A stretch of DNA of 64,000 nt from Macrostomum hystrix (lineage: Eukaryota > Animalia > Platyhelminthes): assembly GCA_950097015.1 (NCBI GenBank), contig CATNEN010000007.1, positions 8,370,001 to 8,434,000 of the forward strand, read 5' to 3'. Below are positions 50,346-60,864 of the stretch, in pieces. The notes beneath the pieces are model-generated. The model was given only the letters and a program-made list of their open reading frames with translations. It was not told the DNA's origin and made no database searches. The number at the start of each line of letters is the position of its first letter. The first letter of the stretch is position 1. Both the position numbers and the translations under genes were made by a program.

Positions 50346-50969
50346 AAAGTGAAGAAATGTTTGGGATCTAGCACGTGTGATTCGTCTGTCTCCAGTGCAG
50401 GAGCCGCATATCTGATAGTGCTTGCAGACGGCAATGCACTCTCTGTCTTATTTCCTCATTTCGGAATTATTTTTACTCCACCCAGCCCATTGTGAGAGAT
50501 GTTTCTTGAGTTTTTAGTTGTTTTGCCTGATTTTATTGTTACTAGTATTTACAGATTGATTTACTAGCATACTGTACCTGCTAGCCTTAGCGCTGCCCTA
50601 TTAAAGTACGCGCCCTGCTATTTAGTATGATTTATAGAATAGTCAAAGCGAAAGATTATCTGCCCCCAGTCTCTGCTTTTTTATTCTAATTGTTTCTCTC
50701 TTAAATTATTAATTGAATGCTTAATTGCTGTCATTTGTGAGCGAATGCCAGCACTGCTAATATTCGCTCTGTAGCTTATTGACTTCCTTTCCTAGAATTG
50801 CTGCTCCCTGCGGTTAGTTGCAATCTTTTTGATTGAATATTCTTGCTTACTGGCTGTGCCTCAGGATTTGCCACCCCTAACGTTAGGTTATAACGCTAGG
50901 TTATAGATTATAACGCTAGTTACTAGCTACCTATTTAGCTGGCACTTGCTCTCCACTGTGCGTCTCTGA

Positions 50970-52115
50970 ACCCTTTCAATAACCCACCCTTCCAACGACC
51001 CACCCTTCCAATGACACATCCTTCCAATGACCCACCCTTCCAATGACCCACCCTTTTAAATGACCCACACTTCACATGACCCACCCTTTTAAATAACCCA
51101 CACTTCAAATGACCCACCCTTTCAATGACTTACCTTCCAATGAACCACCCTTCCAATGACCCACCCTTCCAATGACCCACCCTTCCAATGACCCACCCTT
51201 CCAACGACCCACCCTTCCAATGACCCACCCTTCCAACGACCCACCCTTCCAATGACCCACCCTTCCAATGACCCACCCTTCCAATGAAACACCCTTTCAA
51301 TGACCCACCCTTCCAACGACCCACCCTTTCAATGACTTACCTTCCAATGAACCACCCCTCCAATGACCCACCCTTCCAATGACCCACCCTTCCAATGACC
51401 CACCCTTTCAATGACCAACCCTTCCAATGAGCCACCCTTTCAAATGACCGACACTTCAAATGACCCACCCTTTCAAATGACCCACCCTTCCAATGAACCA
51501 CCCTTCCAATGACCCACCCTTTCAATGACCCACCCTTTCAATGACCCACCCTTCCAATGACTTACCTTCCAATGACACACCCTTCCAATGACTTACCTTC
51601 CCATGACCCAACCTTCCAAAGACCCACACTTCCAATGACCAACCTTCTAAAGACCCACACTTCCAAAGACCCACACTTCCAATGACCAACCTTCCAACGA
51701 CCCACCCTTCCAATGACCCACCCTTCCAATGACCCACCCTTTCAATGACCAACCCTTCCAATGAGCCACCCTTTCAAATGACCGACACTTCAAATGACCC
51801 ACCCTTTCAAATGACCCACCCTTTCAATGACTTACCTTCCAATGAACCACCCTTCCAATGACCCACCCTTCCAATGACCCACCCTTTCAATGACCAACCC
51901 TTCCGATGAGCCACCCTTTCAAATGACCGACACTTCAAATGAACCACCTTCCAATGACCCACCCTTCCAATGACCCACCCTTTCAATGACCAACCCTTCC
52001 AATGAGCCACCCTTTCAAATGACCGACACTTCAAATGACCCAACCTTCCAAAGACCCACACTTCCAATGACCAACCTTCCAATTACCCACCCTTCCAATG
52101 AACCACCCTTCCAAA
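50970..52115. repeat. 16/17-bp C-rich minisatellite CCACCCTTCCAATGAC
   Basis: Tandem degenerate copies. Confidence 0.93.
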
Positions 52116-52418
52116 ACACGTTTTCTCTGATCCTTCCAATAAGCCTATGTTCAGTAAGTAGTTAGATGTTATTGTTGGCTAATGTTGTTGACAGATGCTT
52201 TTAGCTCATATAACATATATAAATCCCCCTATAAGCTGGTTAAATTAGCCCTAGCTTACAGGTGAGATCTGTTAACGGCTAAGCCCGTTCTGTGTGGTAA
52301 AAATACACTAACGTGGATTTGCAAATTATCCAAAAGGCTTGTCTCTAGCCGAAATAGAGCCGTGTCATTTTTTTTGTTTCCAGCTAGCTGCCATTTGTTA
52401 GTCTCTTCAATTTAGGCT

Positions 52419-52978
52419 GGAGGCTGTAGTGGCCCACTGAACAGTATTTGGTGGAGGCTGTAGTGGCTCACTGTACAGTATTTGGTGGAGGCTGTAGTGG
52501 CTCACTGAACAGTACTGGGTGGAGGCTGTAGTGGCCCACTGAACTGTATTTGGTGGAGGCTGTAGTGGCTCACTGAACAGTATTTGGTGGAGGCTGTAGT
52601 GGCTCACTGAACAGTATTTGGTGGAGGCTGTAGTGGCTTACTGAACAGTATTTGGTGGAGGCTGTAGTGGCTCACTGAACAGTATTTGGTGGAGGCTGTA
52701 GTGGCCCACTGAACAGTATTTGGTGGAGGCTGTAGTGGCCCACTGAACAGTATTTGGTGGAGGCTGTAGTGGCCCACTGAACAGTATTTGGTGGAGGCTG
52801 TAGTGGCCCACTGAACAGTATTTGGTGGAGGCTGTTGTGACTCACTGAACAGTATTTGGTGGAGGCTGTAGTGGCCCACTGAACAGTATTTGGTGAAGGC
52901 TGTAGTGGCCCACTGAACAGTATTTGGTGGAGGCTGTAGTGGCCCACTGAACAGTATTTGGTGGAGGCTGTAGTGGCC
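52419..52978. repeat. 34-bp minisatellite GGAGGCTGTAGTGGC(C/T)CACTGAACAGTATTTGGT, ~16 copies
   Basis: Directly visible. Confidence 0.95.
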
Positions 52979-53296
52979 GGCTGCAGTCACGGATCTGACG
53001 GACGCAAGTGCATTTCAGCCTCGAATTCTAAGATCCGCGTTTCTGCTGGCATCCCTTGTGCCGTCTGGTCGTCAAGGCAACTTGCATCATCAGGTGAAGG
53101 ACTCCTGAGTTTACGCGGCGAGAGTAAGAAATCCTATTTGAAATTTCTCCCACCAGGGAAATGCAAATTTCAGTCAGCTTTCAGTTCCTTGACCTGCCCT
53201 ATTCATTTTATATGAATAGAACCCATCAGCCCTCTAAAAATCCCAGACCCTTCAATTCCCTAATTCCCTAACCCCTTCGAAACACAGAAGTGTTGC

Positions 53297-54552
53297 ATGG
53301 CAACTAAAGTTATCAGTGCCAGCCAGGAGCAGGACCAGCTGCTTCGCCAGCTTCGCGGCCAGCTGTCGCAGGCGAAGCGAGTTCTGGTCCTGACTGGCGC
53401 GGGCGTCAGCGCCGAGTCGGGCATCCCGACATTCCGCGGCGCCACCGCCGGCAGCTGGCGCGGCTACTCAATCTCAGACCTGGCATGCTCGGAGGCGTTC
53501 CATAGCAACCCGAGCCAGGTGTGGGAGCTGTACCACTACCGGCGTGAGAAGTCTCTGGCCGCCAAGCCGAATGCCGCCCATTCGGCCATTGCCGAATTTC
53601 AGCGGCACTGCAAGTGGCGCGGCGCCGACTTCATGCTGGCCACGCAGAATATCGACCGGCTGCACCAGCGAGCTGGCAGCGAGGGCGTGGTTGAACTGCA
53701 CCGCAGCCTCTTCCTGGTGCGCTGCACCGACTGCGGCGGCGTCACGGAGAACTATGACAGCCCGATCTGCGAGGCTCTGCGCGGCCGCGGCGACCCAAGT
53801 CCGCAGGCCGACTCATCGCTCATACCCGTGTCCCAGCTACCGAGGTGGGTTGGCTAGGGGATTGTAGCCCAGTGGTTAAAGCTTCGGACTTCTAATCGGG
53901 AGGTCTGAAGTTCTAACCTCGGCTTTAACAGTTAAAAGATCCGATTTAACTCCGATTTAACAACTTCAAGAATCACAAAACATCGGCATCGTCGAGATAT
54001 TCAACGATTCTCGTCGGGGGTGTCTGGTGGCAAGAACGAGAAGTAGATTTTCACGAAAATGGGTAATTTGGTTTGGGAGCTGTTGTAGAGTAGGCAGCGG
54101 GAATTTTAAATTCCCCGTGATCTTTCTTTCCCCAGGGGAAAATAGCGTGGTGCTTCTACTGTTAAATTGTACGCAACCTTGGATGCACGGAGCAGCTGCG
54201 GCTCTGCCAGGTGTCCAAAGTTGTCGCTTAGAAACTAAAATCCGGAACTCGGATCCTCAGGTGCAAGAACTGCAGCGGCCTGCTGCGCCCCTACGTGGTC
54301 TGGTTCGGCGAGCAGCTCGGCGAAGGCGTCCTGAGCAGTGTCCAGGAGTTCGCCAACCAGGCCGACTTCGTGCTGGTTGTCGGCACGAGCAACGCCGTCT
54401 ACCCGGCGGCCATGATCGCCCCGATGGCGCGCAGCTTCGGCGCCAAGATCGCCGAGTTCAATCTCGATACCGACTGCCGCGGCGATGGCGTCGATTACTT
54501 CATCGCCGGGCCCTGCGGCGCCACCCTGCCCAAGGCGCTGCCCACTCTGTGA
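53297..54552 (+). CDS. SIRT5: NAD-dependent deacylase sirtuin-5-like (class III), 2 exons, ~279 aa
   Basis: Model join(53297..53844, 54261..54552), phase 2. Motifs TGAGVSAESGIPTFRG, WELYHYRRE (class III Y-x-x-R), TQNIDRLHQRAG, CTDC/CKNC zinc ligands, LRPYVVWFGE, VGTSNAVYPAA, EFN. Confidence 0.9.
53857..53925 (+). mobile_element. tRNA-like SINE head (family A fragment) in the SIRT5 intron
   Basis: GGGGATTGTAGCCCAGTGGTTAAAGCTTCGGACTTCTAATC...GTTCTAACC resembles the heads at 20985 and 23682; no proper acceptor stem. Confidence 0.6.
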
Positions 54553-55295
54553 CTGCCACCAATCAATCATTGAATCGGTCGAATCCCCTCGACTCTTATT
54601 ACTCTTGACTGAACCGACTGGCTTGACTGAGCAGTGATGAAGCTGTTTTGCTGTCACATAAAATCTGTACATAATTAAACAAAATATACAAAAAAGTAAC
54701 TGATGACCGATCAATTAAAAGCGTGCAAGCATTATTTTGTTATACTTGTAATATTGTGAAATTAATTCGTTAATTTCTCTTGTTATACGCAAGTTTAAAA
54801 CAAAAACACGCCTAAAAGCTTTGTTAATTTTTTTCTCAATTTGAGAGTGTCCATTGGGTGGCAAAACACCTGGCAGGTTGCTTAATGGTCTCTATTTACA
54901 TTTTCTAGTGCAGATTTTCGGCTGGGCTAAATTAATTTGCTAGTCAAGTGAGGGAGCTGGACGCAGAGGGCCATTGACTCGATAAGCAAGTGAGGGAGGG
55001 GGTGGCGCTAACGTAGATAAAATCTCTACCCTCTGCACCCTCAAACGAGAGCCAATGGGAGAGCAGGCTCAACTTTCCGCCTCTCTGACTCTTGAATCAG
55101 CTGTAGGCGCCACCCTCACGCCTACCCAGCTTAAGCCCGATAGTGAGGGGTGGTGGCTGAGGCGTGAGTCACAAACCAATCACTGCGCCATATTAAATGA
55201 GAGTAATTTTGTCCAATCATGCAACTGGTCCTTTGTGCAAATCGCGGCAAAGAAATCAACGGCCGCACTGCTATCCAAGCTCTTCAGTCGATAGA

Positions 55296-56543
55296 ATGAA
55301 CTTCTTGTGCTGCTGCTTTAGAAGCGAGGTCAAAGAGAATGAACCGGCCAATAATGATGCCGGCAAAGTTGAGGCAGTGGAAATAGCTCGCTGCTCTAGC
55401 AACACCAATATCAGCATCCGCCATAATTCGATTCACGAGTTTGAATTTCGCGTAGAAATGCGCAGTCGCTGCAATTCGTTTTCGAGTGCCTGCAGCGATT
55501 CTGAAGTCACAGCTTCGTTGGTCTATAGGCAACCGAATAACAACCTCGGAGTCGCGACTGCTAGTACGGTGAAGAATTGCACCACTGAATTTACTCGAGT
55601 CCCCTTCATTTTCCCGTCGATGATTTACTATGATACGGAAACTCCTGAGGAAAACCAATACAATACGACAGCGAATGATAGTACACCGGACACTGAGACA
55701 AAGGCTAACACGAGGGAAGCAAGAAATGAATCATTGCTGCAAGGAAAAGCCAGGGAAAGCAACGGTGCTCCCACCTTGACTGCTTCAAAGACTCAAGGAA
55801 ATGCCAGGCCAAATAACGGTGCTGCCACCGGGACTGCTTCGAAACCTCAAGGAAATGCCAAACCAAACAATGGTGCTACCACCGGGACTGCTTCAAAACC
55901 TCAAGGAAATGCGAAGCCTAATAACGGTGCTGCCACCGGGACTGCTTCGAAACCTCAAGGAAATGCCAAACCAAACAATGGTGCTACCACCGGGACTGCT
56001 TCAAAACCTCAAGGAAATGCGAAGCCTAATAACGGTGCTGCCACCGGGACTGCTTCAAAACCTCAAGGAAATGCCAAGCCAAACAATGGTGCTACCACCG
56101 GGACTGCTTCGAAACCTCAAGGAAATGCCAAGCCTAATAACGGTGCTGCCACCGGGACTGCTTCAAAAACTCAAGGAAATGCCAGGCCAAACAATGGTGC
56201 TGCCACCGGGACTGCTTCGAAACCTCAAGGAAATGCCAAGCCAAACAATGGTGCTGCCACCGGGACTGCTTCAAAGACTCAAGGAAATGCCAAGCCAAAC
56301 AATGGTGCTGCCACCGGGACTGCTTCAAAAACTCAAGGAAATGCCAGGCCAAATAACAGTGCTGCCACCGGGACTGCTTCAAAACCTCAAGGAAACTCAA
56401 AGGCTGCTACTGCGACCGGTGCCAAGACTGGCACAGCGCCCCAGAAAGCCAAAGCCGTTACTGCCGCCACGAACCAAGTGAGATGCAACGTAGCTCCTGT
56501 TAGAACGGCTTGCACAGCTTTTCAGTTCAATCACTGTTACTGA
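55296..56543 (+). CDS. Orphan protein with N-terminal MNFLCCCF and 11 x 18-aa repeats (GNAKPNNGAATGTASKPQ)
   Basis: Unique non-repetitive N-terminal ~150 aa in frame with a 54-nt repeat whose variants are mostly synonymous. The 3' end may instead splice at AACCAA|GTGAGA (56477). Confidence 0.65.
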   Translation: MNFLCCCFRSEVKENEPANNDAGKVEAVEIARCSSNTNISIRHNSIHEFEFRVEMRSRCNSFSSACSDSEVTASLVYRQPNNNLGVATASTVKNCTTEFTRVPFIFPSMIYYDTETPEENQYNTTANDSTPDTETKANTREARNESLLQGKARESNGAPTLTASKTQGNARPNNGAATGTASKPQGNAKPNNGATTGTASKPQGNAKPNNGAATGTASKPQGNAKPNNGATTGTASKPQGNAKPNNGAATGTASKPQGNAKPNNGATTGTASKPQGNAKPNNGAATGTASKTQGNARPNNGAATGTASKPQGNAKPNNGAATGTASKTQGNAKPNNGAATGTASKTQGNARPNNSAATGTASKPQGNSKAATATGAKTGTAPQKAKAVTAATNQVRCNVAPVRTACTAFQFNHCY

Positions 56544-56879
56544 CCACTGTTGTTGCACTCGTGATTTTAAAGCACCTTTAGTGCGGACAGGAGCTTGTCC
56601 GCGAGTTTATGTTGCCGAGAAATAATTCTGCTTAATTCATTCAGCACCTGCTCTTCTTATCGTCTGTCTTCATTCTTTTGGCTTTTTTAATGTTCGCTAA
56701 ATTGTATCACTTTTGAGTTGTTTTAATTCACCATTGTGGAAATATTTTAGTACACGGCATAAATATAAATCATCGAGCTGTCTTATCTGTTTTTGCCGCA
56801 TATATTAATTCATTTTTTCTCTTGTCTTATGTTCTTTGTTTCAAAGTTAAAAATTCCTGTGTCATTGAGATTAAACAAC

Positions 56880-57408
56880 AGTGAGGCATCGGGTGTCAGT
56901 GACATCGGGTGTCAGTCTGGTCACACAGCTAGACATCGAGTGTTAGTCTGGTCACACAGTGAGACATCGGGTGTCAGTCTGTTCACACAGTGAGACATCG
57001 GGTGTCAGTCTGGTCACACAGTGAGACATCGGGTGTCAATCTGGTCACACAGTGAGACATCGGGTGTCAGTCTGGTCACACAGTGAGACATCGGGTGTCA
57101 GTCTGGTCACACAGTGAGACATCGGGTGTCAATCTGGTCACACAGTGAGACATCGGGTGTCAGTCTGGTCACACAGTGAGACATCGGGTGTCAATCTGGT
57201 CACACAGTGAGACATCGGGTGTCAGTCTGGTCACACAGTGAGTGTCAGCCTGGTCACACAGTGAGTGTCAGTCTGGTCACACAGTGAGTGTTATTCTGGT
57301 CACACAGTGAGACATCGGGTGTCAGTTTGGTCACACAGTGAGTGTCAGTCTGGTCACACAGTGAGACATCGGGTGTCAGTCTGGTCACACAGTGAAACAT
57401 CGGGTGTC
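56880..57408. repeat. 31-bp minisatellite CACACAGTGAGACATCGGGTGTCAGTCTGGT with 22-bp deletion variants
   Basis: Directly visible. Confidence 0.93.
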
Positions 57409-57588
57409 TTGATAAGAATCGGCTGCCTGATACACCCTCGCAGTTATCTGGACATAAGACCAAATTTTCTGGCCCAATGAACAGCCAATCAGAACCCGAG
57501 GGAGCGGTTTTGCCAGATGAGTTAAAAAGTCGCCTAACAAGGTTTGCTCGCATTGCTGCTTTTCTTAAACAAGAATCTGATTGGCACT

Positions 57589-59090
57589 ATGCTGCACAGG
57601 TGCAAACAATTCGGTGTTGTTCTCGCCCTGGCTTTGGCGGCAGGTAAGTCTGCTGGAGTTTCATGGCTTCCTTGGCCGTGGTTTAGTTTTCTTATCAAAC
57701 CTGCAAGACTCGACCTGCAACCCTTCGATTCAGTTTTGAGTCCGCTGAGCGTCCGGGCCAATCTGAGTGCGAATTTTATGCAATCCGGACCTGTTCAGTT
57801 GGAGGAGTCCACGAGCAGCTTCGTGACCAACCTGACGGTGGAGTCGCCGCTGAGGTGCTTCGACACGTGCCTGGAGGCCGGCTGCGCAGTCCTGGTGTTG
57901 CGAGCCAGCGGCTTCTGTCAGCTGACCATTGTAAAAGACGCCTCAGTGGCTGCAGGACCTGCTGAGAGTCACGTGCGGCGGCTGCTGGGTGCGGAGGTCG
58001 GGGACCAGGCATGGAAGCTGCCGGACCTTCAACAGATTCTGAAGGCCAGGAGCTACGGAAATTTTATCTTTAGCAGTGAGTGCGTTCGACAGACTCGATC
58101 GAATATTCTTACGCTTGTGATGCGTGGCATGACTGGAAACAAACCCTACCCGCAGACTCGAACTCCGGTCGCAATGGCACCGTCCAGACGCTGACGATCT
58201 CGCTAACCGGCTGTTATAGAATTGAAGCCTTCGGAGCCAAAGGCGGCACCTCGGCACCGACGATCTCGAATCCACCAACGGTGACCGTCGGAGGCGCTGG
58301 GGCTTCTATGGCGGGCGACTTCAACCTGACGGTCGGCGCTCAGCTGGCCATAGTTGTCGGCCAGCGCGGCAGCGACCCATCGCAGGCCAACGAGAAGGCT
58401 GGAGCCGGCGGCGGCGGCGGCAGCTTCGTGTACGTCAGAAACCAAACTGGTGGACTGCCGCTGGTTGCTGCCGGTGGCGGGGGTGGAGGCAACTTCAACG
58501 ATCTCGGTGAGTGCAGTTTATGCTCTCTGAAGCCCTGAAATATTTCAGGTCCTTCCATCAGCATTAACTGAACCGCTGATGGAAGGAACCGCGACGTTTC
58601 AGGCATTCCGGGCCAGAATGGGACCAACGGCACGGACACGGCTCCCAGCGGCGGCAACCCGCTATTCTTCGGATTCGGCGGCTCAAATGGCCAGCCGGGC
58701 ATTGTGAACGTAGCCAACGCCGAGCCCGTTTATTTCTTCGGCGGCGCCGGCGCCGGCTGGCTCGGCCGCGCCCCGGACAGGCGGCGCTCCGCCGCTGACG
58801 CAAACGGTGGCGGCAGTCGCGCCGAAGCCTGGCTCGGCGGCGCGGCCGGGAACCTGAACTCCGGCGGCGTTGGCGGCTTCGGCGGCGGCGGCGGCGGAGG
58901 CAACGCTCTTGGCGCCAGCGGCGGCGGCGGGGGCTTCAGCGGTGGCGGCGCAGGCCTCGCCAGCCACCAGCCGGGAGGCGGCGGCGGCTCATTTTGTAAT
59001 GGCAATGGTTGCTATGGCGTGACAGGTGGCAATTCTGAGGATCACGGCCGGGTCGCTGTCCGCTTTCTGTCCAAGGTCTTCTGCAACTGA
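57589..59090 (+). CDS. Secreted protein: signal peptide + PAN/apple-like module + ALK/LTK-type glycine-rich domain, 4 exons, ~411 aa
   Basis: Model join(57589..57643, 57734..58075, 58156..58506, 58603..59090), all phase 1. Signal MLHRCKQFGVVLALALAAVLSPLSVRA; C-x3-C-x4-C-x10-C module. GRD-like motifs YRIEAFGAKGG, GGAGASMAGDFNL, LAIVVGQRG, GGGGGSFVY, PLVAAGGGGG, GGFGGGGG, GGGGGFSGG, GGGGGSF, GRVAVRF. No TM or kinase domain. Confidence 0.8.
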
Positions 59091-59191
59091 GCACTGCTGA
59101 CTGAGCACAATGAGAACATATTTTGGAACTTATGATACTGCAGCCAACAGTTTTAACAAAATTTTTACCTTTGAGTTTTCTCCCTATTCAG

Positions 59192-59555
59192 GGGGGTCGG
59201 TGGCAGAGCGGTTAACGCGTTTGCCTCTCGCACCACAGTCCCTAAGTTCGATTCCACGGCGAGGCCACATTTATTTGGGGCGCAGCCGCGGAGAGAAGGC
59301 TTGGGGGCCTGTCGTGCAATTTACGCCCTTGAGGGCCAACCTCCAAGGCACAGTTCGAGTGTACACTGCCTGACGATGAGAAAGTCAGGGCAGATGTACA
59401 CACCTGTGTGAGCGTGTGCCTGCGTACGGTATCTGTGAGCGTGTGTGCTCAGGAGTCAGCGAAATGGGCAGAATTGCCTCCTCGCTGGCTGCGGGTCTAG
59501 TGTCACCAAACTATGTGTCATTGCCCGCAGCCCCCCTGCAATTATTATTATTATA
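59192..59555 (+). mobile_element. Full-length tRNA-derived SINE (family B) with (ATT)n tail and 15-bp TSD
   Basis: A-box TGGCAGAGCGG, B-box GTTCGATTCC, tail ATTATTATTATTAT. TSD TTTCTCCCTATTCAG at 59177-59191 and 59556-59570. Confidence 0.92.
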
Positions 59556-60864
59556 TTTCTCCCTATTCAGAGTCCATATAGTTGTTCACATACCAGCATA
59601 TATTCGGTTACTGCATTCCAAAATCAGTTTTGAAAACCGCTGCCAAAAACAATGAATAAAAGGTACTGAAGGTACTTCAGCAAGATTTCCACAGAGTATA
59701 ATGACAATAAAGGATGTGTTTTGGAGACTGGTGCACACAAGCCCTAACTATACTATTTGAGCTGTTGAGTTGTTAGTTATTATACATTAGCCCCAAAGTG
59801 ATTGATGCTTTCTGATCACCGCTTGAAACTTTTTTTTGTTTTGGGGATCATGAAACTTAATTGAATTGTCTCTGGGGGTATCAGCTCCAACTTGACATTT
59901 CCAACGACCCTTCTGAGGCATCCCTGGTTAAAGCTACCTGAGAATGGGAATTTGGTATCGCCATAGTTGAATGAGAATGAGTCCGTGTAGACATTGTATG
60001 CAATGTACAATAATTGCACACTAATTGTACAATTAATTTTAATTGAATCTAGAATGGAAATTCAGATGCGAATTCTCGAAGCAGTATAAAATTAAATATT
60101 ATAACTATTATATATATTATATTTTATCCTTACTGCGGTCCCGTTGCGGTCCCTTTGCGGTCTTTACAAGGTACTGTACTATCGGTAGTGTAATAAGTAA
60201 TACACTTCTGTATTACGAGTACACACTGGCTGGTTGTACTGCAGCCGTACAGGCAATCAATTAGTGTGCTCACCGCACATCACTCCGTCATTGTGGATGA
60301 GTTTTCCGTTCCATCCCAGTGTGCTTTTTATCGCCTGTTGTTGATGATGCTTTAAAAAGCTGCCACATCCCTTCAGGTGTCTGGAAATTTCCAAATTGTA
60401 TGTAACTAATTAACTGTCTGTTTACAACGATTGCCCTCCAGTGTCCAGCCAGCCATCAGTGACCAATAAAATTGTTTTTATTGTAGTTTCTTCCTACGAC
60501 GCAGACTGAGTAAGTTTTCCTGCATTTTCTATCTGCCTAGAAACAGGTTGCTTTGCGCGTTCCAGTTTGTTTCATCGCTCAAAAATCAATTGCTTCTTTG
60601 GAAAACGTTTTGTTATTACCATGCAGGGTCTATTCTTCATTCTGCTGATTGCAGACAACTTTCAGTGGGATTCGGGATAAAAATGATGCCCCTAACTATA
60701 ATACTTTGGGATTTCTGAAGATTATGAATCTGTGTTTTTCTAATTGTCTCAAGACAGTTTCAGATAAATTTTCCTGACTTGTTCTGCTTGCCTGCTGAGA
60801 CTTCCTCAGCTCACAAAACCATGTCTCCCAGCTTTCTACTATGAGTAATAGATTCTCGAAAGTA

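Noticed and set aside
53857-53925. Possible tRNA-Arg(TCT) gene (also tRNA-like segments at 20985, 23682, 33860 and 59192)
   Set aside because: The acceptor stem does not pair and the B-box is degenerate. The others continue into shared SINE bodies, so they are SINE heads.
58569-58571. In-frame TGA as selenocysteine or pseudogene lesion in the GRD gene
   Set aside because: A downstream in-phase acceptor at 58602 removes it, and no SECIS evidence was seen.
58340-59005. Pro-rich minus-strand ORFs
   Set aside because: Antisense of the Gly-rich plus-strand coding exons.
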